From the human T2T-CHM13v2.0 reference genome, Homo sapiens, in the NCBI RefSeq assembly GCF_009914755.1, contig NC_060932.1: a stretch of DNA of 64,000 nucleotides, one strand, 5' to 3'. Under the pieces are notes generated by a model. That model worked only from the letters and a program-made list of their open reading frames with translations, was not told where the DNA came from and searched no databases. Below, piece after piece: positions 55,856 through 64,000 of this stretch. Each line of letters opens with the position of its first letter. Positions within the stretch are counted from its first letter, which is position 1. A program made the position numbers and the translations under genes.

Positions 55856-56080
55856 GGAGAAGGGGTTGAGGGGTACTTGCCCTCCCCCAGAAAAGCAGAG
55901 AAGGGGTAGAGACAAGGAGAGAAGGGGTTGGGGTACTTGCCCCTTCCCCAGAAAAGCAGAGAAGGGGTAGAGACAAGGAGAGAAGGGGTTGGGGTACTCG
56001 CCCCTTCCCCAGAAAAGCAGAGAAGGAGTAGAGACAAGGAGAGAAGGGGTTGGGGTACTTGCCCCTTCCCCAGAAAAGCA
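55856..56080. repeat. 61-bp tandem repeat x~3.7 in the HERV-H leader
   Basis: GAAGGGGTTGGGGTACTTGCCCCTTCCCCAGAAAAGCAGAGAAGGGGTAGAGACAAGGAGA units. Confidence 0.92.
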
Positions 56081-56520
56081 GGACTTGCCACTAAGGGTGA
56101 AGGACCAAGGCAGGCGTCCCTGCGTGGTCTGACACCCTTGAAACGTGGGTGAATAATCAGAGAGGTGTCCCTGCAATGATTAAACACCAAGAGAAGGCTG
56201 CCTTCCCAGTCTGTGACTGGCGCCGGAGTTTTGGGTCCAAGGATAAAAGGTGTCTCCTTTGTCTCTACCAGAAAATGAAAGGAATTGAAATTAAGAGAAG
56301 GGAGAGATTGAAGTGTGGCACCAAGATTGAAAGGAGAAAGAGGTTGAGGGATAGTGAGGGAGGTTGGAGAAGAGAGTGAAAAGAGGCCGCTTACCAGATT
56401 TGAAATTGGTGAGATGTTTCTTGGGCTGGTCGGTCTGAGGACCTGAGGTCATAGGTGGATCTTTCTCATGGAGCAAAGAGCAGGAGGACGGGGGATTGAT
56501 CTCCTAAGAGAGGTCCCCCG

Positions 56521-56538
56521 ATCCGAGTCACGGCACCA
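56521..56538 (-). other. primer-binding site, tRNA-His
   Basis: TGGTGCCGTGACTCGGAT is an 18/18 complement of the tRNA-His 3' end. Confidence 0.97.
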
Positions 56539-56540
56539 AA

Positions 56541-56973
56541 TTTCATGCGCATCCGTGTGAAGAGACCACCAAACAGGCTTTGTGTGAGCAATAAAGCTGT
56601 TTATTTCACCTGGGTGCAGGTGGGCTGAGTCCGGAAAGAGAGTCAGCGAAGGGAGATGGGGTGGGGCCATTTTATAGGATTTGGGAAGGTAATGGAAAAT
56701 TACAGTCAAAGGGGGTTGTTCTCTGGTGGGCAGGGGCAGGGGTCACAAGGTGCTCAGTGGGGGAGCTTCTGAGCCAGGAGAAGGAAATTCACAGGGTTAA
56801 TCACTCAGTTAAGGTGGGGCAGGAACAAATCACAATGGTGGAATGTCATCAGTTAAGGCGGGGCAGGATCTTTTCACTTCTTTTGTGATTCTTCAGTTAC
56901 TTCAGGCCATCTGGGTATATACGTGCAAGTCACAGGGGATGCAATGGCTTGGCTTGGACTCAGAGGCCTGACA
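56541..56973 (-). promoter_or_regulatory. HERV-H 5' LTR (LTR7) promoter
   Basis: 433 bp; TATAAAA at 56670-56676; GC/GT boxes at 56811-56820 and 56857-56864; SOX-like CATTGT at ~56832-56837. Confidence 0.95.
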
Positions 56974-57401
56974 ATGTTGACTTAGCCATTTCTTAAAATA
57001 ATAAAGTTTGAACTAGTTTTCCCAGTTTTAGAATAAGAAAATGGGTATCAGAGATGTTAATATGAGTTAATCCAGGCTTGTATGCCCAGCCTGTGCCAGA
57101 GCTGGATTTACACTGAAATCCAGCCTCTATGGGAGCTTATACTCTTCCCTACAGCTTACCTCCACCTATCTGCTCTGATGACCACCTTCCAAATACACGA
57201 TGGGTACCAGCGTGTTTTGAATGAAACTCTAGCAATGTAGCTGGTAGTCACTGTCCCCATAGCCACCAGAATCCTGGACAAAGGAGCACGCAGGAAATCC
57301 ACCTGCCTGGGTCCCTGTGGGGTGTTCGCTGCATCAGGGGTCTGACTGCAGGCACAGTTTCAATAACACAACCACAGTGGAAAGTTTAAGAGTTTTAACA
57401 T

Positions 57402-58978
57402 TGCCAAGAATTTCTCTCATTCTACAGGTGGTCCCTTCACTTCGTTGATTGTTTTCTTTGCTGTGCCGAAGCTTTTTAGTTTAATATAATCCCAGTTGGT
57501 CTGCTTTTGTTTTTATTGGCTGTGCATTTGAATTCTTCCTTATAAAAATCTTTGCCCAGACCAATGCCTTGAAGCATTTCCCCTGTGTTTTCATGTCATA
57601 GTTTTATAGATTGGGGTCTTACATCTAAATCTTTAATCCATTTTGAATTGACTTTTGTACCTAGTGAGAGATAGGGGTCTAGTTTCATTCTTCTGCATAT
57701 GAATATCCAGTTTTCCGTACGCCACATTTCCCACCTCGATCAGAAGGACTTGGGCCCCCCATGAGTGGCGCTGGGGAGTGGGTCTTCCGTACGCCACATT
57801 TCGAATATCCAGTTTTCTCAGTACCATTTATGGAAGAGGCTGTCCTTTCTCCAATATATATCTTGGGAACTTTGTAATCAGGTGGCCATAATATGGGGAC
57901 TTATTTCTGGGCTCTGTTCCATTGGTCGATGTGTCTGTTTTTATACAAGTATCATGGCACTCAAACAACTCAATAGTAAAAAAAAAAAACACAAAAAAAT
58001 ACCCAAATAATCCAATTAAGAAATGGGCAAAAGATCTGAATATTTTTTTTTTTTAAAAAGACATATAAATGGCCAAGAAGTATATTAAAAATGCTCAACA
58101 TAACTAATCATCTGAAAAGCACAAATTCAAACCAAAAGGAGCTGTCATCTTACTCCTATTAGAGTGGCAATGATCAAAAAGACAAAATACAACAAATGCT
58201 AGTAAGGGGGAATCTTATATACAGTTGGTGGAAATGTAAATTAGTGCAGCCATTATAGAAAACATCATGGAGTTTTCTCAAAAAACTAAAAATAGAAATA
58301 CCACAGGATCCAGCAATTCCACTACTGAGTATTTATCCAAAGGATAGCAAATCAGTGTATTGAAGAGATATCTGCATCACCATGTTTATTGCAGCACTAT
58401 TCACAATAGCCAAGATATAGAATCAACCTAAATGTCCAACAAAAAGTAAATGAATAAAAAATGTGGTGTATATACATAATGCAGTATTATTCAGCCATAC
58501 AAAGAATGGAATCTTGTCATTTGTGGCCACATGAATGATTCTGGAGGACATTTATATTAAGTGAAATAAGTCTGGCACAGAAAGATAAATATCGCACATT
58601 CTCACTCACATGTGGGAGCTAGAAAGTGAGTTAATGGAAGCAGTGAATAGGATTGTCGCTATTAAGAGGCTAGAAGCACAGTCGGGAGGGGAGGGTGGGG
58701 AGAGGTTGCTTAGCAGATACAAAATTACAGCTAGGCAGGAGAAATAAGTTCTAGTATTCTTATAACACTATAGGGTGACTATAGTTAATAATTTGTATTT
58801 TCAAATAGCCAGAAGAGAGGATTTTTGAATGTTCTCAACACAAAGAAATGACAAATGTTTGAGGTGATGAATATGCTAATTACCTGGATTTGATCATTAA
58901 TACTGTATAATGTATTCAAATATTACTCTCTACCCCATTAATATGTACAATCCTTATGTGTCAATTGAAAACACAAGA
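57402..58978 (+). mobile_element. L1MA with 5' inversion (57402-~57953 minus; ~57955-58978 plus)
   Basis: The outer end of the inverted ORF2 piece lies just upstream, in L1 coordinates, of the non-inverted piece (CTCAAACAACTCAATAG...); L1MA-type 3' UTR. Confidence 0.85.
57716..57802 (-). pseudogene. 28S rRNA 5'-domain fragment retrocopy, tailless, with terminal redundancy
   Basis: Minus strand GAAATGTGGCGTACGGAAGACCCACTCCCCAGCGCCACTCATGGGGGGCCCAAGTCCTTCTGATCGAGG matches 28S with CpG decay; perfect TSD GAATATCCAGTTTTC at 57701-57715 / 57803-57817. Confidence 0.92.
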
Positions 58979-60097
58979 AAGAGTCTATGAGAAAAAAGTG
59001 TTTTTAGTCCTCACAAACTTGAAGGAGGGGACACAGCATGCCTGGAGGCCACACACATGAAAGTCTGTGAGCAAAGACGGAAGAGAGAAGAGAGTGACAA
59101 CTAGCCACATAGATTGGGAAAGAAGGGTTGGGCCCTTTTAAGTTTGTGAGCAGATGCTTGCCTTTTCTACTTAAAGAAGTAGGGAGCCCAGTCTGGTAGG
59201 AGAGAGATACCTCTAAGTTCTCTCTGGCTACCAGCTTGAGCGATTTGGGTGTGGTGTAGAACTGGAAACTGTGTCAAGGGTGCCTGAGCCCTGCCTCTGG
59301 GATGAGAAAGCTAAACCCACATTGAAAACAGTCACTGAGGCCCCTTAAAATTAAATGCGCTCACTACACAGAGGGACTGGGTGAAACACTTGAATTTACT
59401 TGCTTCTTTATTTAACAGGCGTGGAGAGCACCTGCCCCCTGCAGAGCCCTGGGTAAGGCATGAGATCATGGAGAATCTTTATGACTACTCTGTTTTGGTT
59501 CTGTTTTGTGGAGATTGTCAGAAAAATATACTGGGGTAAAGATATTAAGCCCATTGAGTGAGCCAAGGACTTATATGAGGAAACATTGGGAGAAAAGCAG
59601 AAAGCAATGATGCAAAGTAGAGGCATATTTGGGGGCAAAGTCACTTCAAATGGGAGCAAACTTGAAGGTCAAGATTCCCGCAGACAATAAGAAGAAAGTG
59701 GAACTTTGAAATGTTTACTGTAAGTCACTCCTGGCAGACTGTGTCTTAACTTACAGCAGTACCCCCAGCCTGAACACAGCATCCAGCACTGAGTCTGCTC
59801 TTACCCACGCTGGTGGGAGGAACAAGTGAGGCTGGCCTGTGTCTTTGCTGCCACCTAATCCCCACACCCGCCAGCATTTATTCTCACCTCTTAGTGGAAG
59901 ATGTGGCCTCCTCCCACACAAGGCTATTTCTTTGACTGTGCTTGTGATGGAAGATGCTGCCACCGCTCCCAGACCTTGTCCCATTGGTTGGCCTCTACAT
60001 TCCCTGGGTCGGTTACCTCTCCCTCCAGTGTTTGGATGTGCTCAAGTCTCTCTCAACTTAAGAGTCACCACTCACCACATCTCATCTTCTGCCTATA

Positions 60098-60212
60098 GAA
60101 AATAGATTGTTGGTTACCAGAGGCCAGAGGAGGGGGAGGGGGCTGGAGTTGGGGGATGAAGGGGAAAAAGAGAATATAAATGTTTTTATTACCACTGAAC
60201 TGTGTAGTTAAA
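60098..60212 (+). mobile_element. isolated L1MA 3' UTR piece, near-copy of 61881-61990
   Basis: Shared GGTTACCAGAGGCCAGAGG, GGGGCTGGAGTTGGGG and GGAAAAAGAGAATAT.AATGTTTTTATTACCACTGAA. Confidence 0.8.
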
Positions 60213-60549
60213 CTGTATGCACTCCTTTCCTATACATTCATACTTGAAATAATGGAATGCACATGAGTTCTCTACTTTCTTACCGTTCCTATCAGCACAA
60301 TGACATCTGACTTCTACCTCCTCCACTCCAAGAAAGCAACACTTGGCGGTCATCAATAGCCTTCTTATTGCTTAATCCGATGATCAATTTTCAATATGCA
60401 TCTTGCTTGACCTCATGGATTTTCAAACCTGCCTCTCTCTTGAATAAAGCCCTTTCTTTGCTTCCTTAGCCCTACATCAGCCAGGATCACCTTCTATCTC
60501 TCTTGCTTTTCCTCAGATCAGCCACTTCTGTATCTTCCTTAAGTATTGA

Positions 60550-60945
60550 TGTGGCAGGTTGGGTTTCTCTATTTCATGACTGCGAAATAGATATGTATGT
60601 GTAGGGGGATTTTGGGAAATCCTCTTGGGAGATACACCTGAAATGGAGGGAAGAAAAAAAGATTGAGTTGAGAGACAAGTTGAACTGTGATTCATTTGCA
60701 ACAGAGACATCCTTTTTTTGGAAAGCTCTAGAGCTGAGTTAGCCCTTCAGAATTATTCACAGTGAGCCAAGAGGTTTTGCCTTTACAACTCCTCTCACCT
60801 GATCAGGTATCAGACGAGGGTTGTCTCCAGGAAGGGGATAGGACCCTGGGTAAAGCAGCTGTCTTTGAATGCGGGCAATTCCAAGGGAAGGCTCAGCCTC
60901 TGGGCAATGAGTGCCTCAGCCTAGAGGTAGAATATCATGACATGT
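60550..60945 (-). mobile_element. LTR40-like ERVL LTR within an L2 (~60230-61450)
   Basis: TGTGGCAGGTTGGGTTTCTCT...AAGTTGAACTGTGAT...GCTCTAGAGCTG...GCCCTTCAGA. Confidence 0.6.
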
Positions 60946-61479
60946 ATGACAATCAGGGTTTCTCAAAATTTTGTTTTTGGCCTCTTCTCATCTCACTCTG
61001 TAAGCTCTGACTGGGTGAACCAACCTCCACAGATTCCATTACCTTCTAGATCCTAATGACTTGTTTCTCCAGCCTAGACATGTCTCCTGAGTCACCTGTG
61101 TAACATGCCACCTAATAACTGCAGTCATCAATAACCTCAACCTTGTTACTTCATACTACTAATAATACAACATTCATTATTGTTTCCCTCAAACACCAAT
61201 TACCACCATTTCCTCAAGGGTCTGGAAACCTGGATACCACTTGGACCACTTTCTGCACATCAGTCCCAAACATGAGCAGTCCCTAAGCCTAGAGGCTCTA
61301 CCTCCTAAATGTGTGCTGTGGCTTTCAAGGTCTCACCATCCCTTCTGCCAGTGCCACTGATGACCCAGGCTCCTCACTGCAATACTGGCCCTCCCCTCGG
61401 GGCTTCCTGTGTCTCTGCAGATATTCTTATTTGCAATGTATCTTCACACAGCAGGAAGTGTGATGGTTTAGAAGTGCTC

Positions 61480-62035
61480 AAGTCTGGAGACCATTATGTT
61501 AAGTGGAATAAGTCAAGCATAGAAAGACAAGTATCACGTTTTCTCACTCACATGTGGGAGCTAAAAAAGTGGATCTCAGGCTGGGTGCAGTGGCTCATAC
61601 CTGTAATTCCAGCACTTTGAGAGGCCAAGGGGGGTGGATCGCTTCAGGCCAGGAGTTTGAGACCAGACTGGCCAATATGGTTAATCTCTACTACAAAATA
61701 CAAAAATTATCTGGGTGTGGTGGCACATGCTTGTAATCCCAGCTGGGGGGCTGAGGCACAAGAATCACTTGAACCTGGGAGGCAGAGGTTGCCATAAGTT
61801 GAAATAGCACCACTGCATTCTAGCCTGGGTGACAGAGAGAGACTCTGTCTCAAAGAAAAAAAAAGGGGTCTCATGAAAATAGAAAACAGATTGGTGGTTA
61901 CCAGAGGCCAGAGGATGGGGCTGGAGTTGGGGGATTAACGGGAAAAAGAGAATATGAATGTTTTTATTACCACTGAATTGTACACTTAAAAATGGTAAAG
62001 ATGTTAACTCGTATGTGTATTCTACCTCAATAATG
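61480..62035 (+). mobile_element. L1MA 3' end interrupted by an Alu
   Basis: CTGGAGACCATTATGTTAAGTG...TGTACACTTAAAAATGGTAAAGATG...CTCAATAA. Confidence 0.8.
61579..61864 (+). mobile_element. AluS/J (Sz-like)
   Basis: Full dimer; TSD AAAAAAGTGGATCTCA/AAAAAAGGGGTCTCA. Confidence 0.9.
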
Positions 62036-62099
62036 TTTTTTTAATGCTCAAACCTGTTACCATTCACCTACTAACGTCATCTTCAGTGCCTCCTTACTG

Positions 62100-62560
62100 T
62101 TCTTGTATTCACTCAACAACTAGCTACGAATGCCTAGTGTCAGGCCCTGTCCCATGTGCGGGGGCTGCGGTAATGACCACAGTGAAGTCACTAGCCTTGT
62201 TTGTTGTGGTCCATGGTGCAGAAAGAGATACTAAGTAATTGCGTGCATCATAGTATTAGTGGTAGAAGCAGATGAAGACAGGAGAGGGATGTCAGGGGTT
62301 GTGAATGTTCAGGAGAGTCAGTAAGAGGCCCAGCTGGGTGGAGCCTTTTGATCATGGAGGGATTTGGATTTTATGCCGAATGAGCCGGGAAGATGTAGAG
62401 GTTGGAGGCAGCAGAATGAACTGATCTAACCTACGTTAAAAGGACTCCTCTGGCTCCTGTGTGAATAGGTTGTATGAGGACAAAGGAGGAGAGTGGGTGT
62501 CTCAATACGAGGCTACTGCCCTTGTCTACGTGAGAGACACGGGGTGGAAGGGTGGGTGCA
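62100..62560 (-). mobile_element. L2 fragment
   Basis: ATTCACTCAACAAC...GAATGCCTAGTGTCAGGC...GGATTTTATGCCGAATGAG. Confidence 0.6.
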
Positions 62561-63095
62561 GAGGGCAATCGTCCTTGTCTCAGGTGCCCCTTTTCATACT
62601 GGCCTCACTGTGAGCCATGCTTCTGGGCAGCAAAGGCCTCATGGGTTGAAGAAAAGCAGAGCCGGTGCCTAGCTCAGAGCCCGTCTCATTGTTGGTGCAC
62701 CGTAAATGCTTGTTGGATAAATGGCAAGTAATTTTAAAAGAACAATGTGGTACCATACAATCTTTGATCAGGAAAGACCTTCCGCTTCAAGGTAGAATAT
62801 AAGGGTCTAACACAGCAGCCAATCAAATAAGCTACTTCTTTCAAGAATACTTTGCTGCTCTTCTTAACCAAATGGGGTTAAAGAAGTTAACCTTTAGCAA
62901 AGTAATATTTGTATCTACAATAGTGGACAGAAGCAGTTATGCAAAGATTATTGCCAAAAAACAGCACTTTCCTGCCCCACTTTTCCATATTCTCAATTCC
63001 TGCTTTCCAAAGCAACCATGTTCTGCTCTTCTGGTATCTGTACTGTTTCTTCTGGTATCACCTCCCTTATTTCTAAACAAAATGCTGTTACCACT

Positions 63096-63460
63096 TGTAT
63101 TAATCTGTTTTCACACTGTTAATAAAGACATACCCAAGACTTGGCAATTTACCAAAGGAAAAAAAAAAAAAAAGATTTAATGGACTTACAGTTCCGCATG
63201 ACTGGGGAGGCCTCACAATCATGGCAGAAGGCAAGGAGGAGTAAGTCACATCTTACATGGATGGTGGCAGGCCAAGAGAGAGCTTATGCAGTGAAACTCT
63301 TGTTTTTAAAGCCATCAGTTCTTGTGAGACCTATTCACTATCACAAGAACAGCACAGGAAAGACCTGCCCCCATGATTCAGTTACCTCCCACGGAGTCCC
63401 TCCCACAACACATGGGAATTTAAAGTGAGATTTGGGTGGGGACTCATCCGCACCATATTA
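63096..63460 (-). mobile_element. THE1A/B solo LTR
   Basis: TGTATTAATCTGTTTTCACACTG...GATGGTGGCAGG...CCATATTA; perfect TSD CCACT. Confidence 0.92.
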
Positions 63461-64000
63461 CCACTATTGATTGATGTTTTAATTGTAGATATCATCTACT
63501 GACTTTATGGAAGAGTATGATATAAACTCTCCTACACCCTCTCTACTCATGTTCCCTTTTTTCAACCTCTAGAAAGCATTATGTCCCAATTTTGGTTAAA
63601 TCATTCATTGTAGATGACATGACTATGAAGCATTGTTCAAGGAATATTTACACAGCAATTAATGTGTCTCCACGCTAACCATTTTTTTCCTGGAGTTATT
63701 AAATACCTTGTGTCTTTGTTTGCTTAGCTTTCTATGCACCTACCATTAAGTCATACCTAAACTCCCAAAAGATTCTAAATCACCCCTGCATCTGTTCAAA
63801 TGCATTGCATATTATTTTCCTTTTTCCCCTTGCATATGCTTCTCAGATCCCTCTGGCTCTAGATTGCTCCTGTCCAGTCTGCTCTGTTGACTCTGGATCT
63901 GCTCCACAGCTGCCATTCAGGGACTTACTCATCACCATGACATGTTCTTTGCCCTGCCTTAGTTTTAGGGGCCTCACTTCCTTTATCTCTGTGAGTCGGC

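Larger units (their letters stand above)
51150..56973 (-). mobile_element. HERV-H provirus (5824 bp, common deleted form) with two LTR7s
   Basis: Both LTRs read TGTCAGGCCTCTGAG...GCGCATGAAA on the minus strand; 5-bp TSD ATGTT (51145-51149 / 56974-56978); PBS-His, PPT and gag/pro/pol relics. Confidence 0.98.
57213..59368 (-). mobile_element. MER54/MER73-family ERVL LTR split by L1MA
   Basis: Minus strand TGTAGTGA...CCCTTGACACAGTTTCCAGTTCTACACCACACCCAAAT...CAAAACA; TSD CAGCG/CAGAG. Confidence 0.7.

Noticed and set aside
55519-56190. Longest ORFs (223 and 214 aa) as proteins
   Set aside because: They stay open because they cross stop-poor tandem repeats in the HERV-H leader, and the peptides are repetitive and low in complexity.
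56521-56538. tRNA-His gene
   Set aside because: Only the 18-nt 3' end including CCA is present, adjacent to an LTR. This is a retroviral PBS.
57633-57827. ORF reading through the 102-bp (in-frame) rRNA insertion
   Set aside because: It is an alternative frame of a dead, inverted L1 fragment, not ORF2. An in-frame length is a 1-in-3 chance.

Overview
Repeat-dense primate, most likely human, intergenic or intronic DNA (AluY/S/J, L1PA/L1MA, MIR/L2, MaLR, ERVL). I find no credible cellular protein-coding gene. The supplied ORFs are chance ORFs or transposon and retroviral relics. Main landmarks: (1) a 5.8-kb HERV-H provirus on the minus strand (51150-56973) with both LTR7s, ATGTT target-site duplication (TSD), a perfect tRNA-His PBS, a 5' LTR TATA box and the major splice donor; (2) an 87-bp 28S-rRNA-derived insert with a 15-bp TSD, no poly(A) tail and about 1.2 head-to-tail copies of a 72-nt rRNA segment, possibly a retrocopy of a circular RNA, nested in a 5'-inverted L1 inside an ERVL LTR; (3) a long fossil Zaphod (hAT-Tip100) transposon with readable transposase motifs (~35010-39475); (4) a 3'-truncated U1 snRNA retropseudogene; (5) an MLT2A1 solo LTR convergent with the HERV-H; (6) several non-repetitive islands with enhancer-like motif clusters, including a DR4+DR1 nuclear-receptor element. 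Repeat family names come from recalled consensus sequences, not a database search. Subfamily calls and the boundaries of old elements are approximate.
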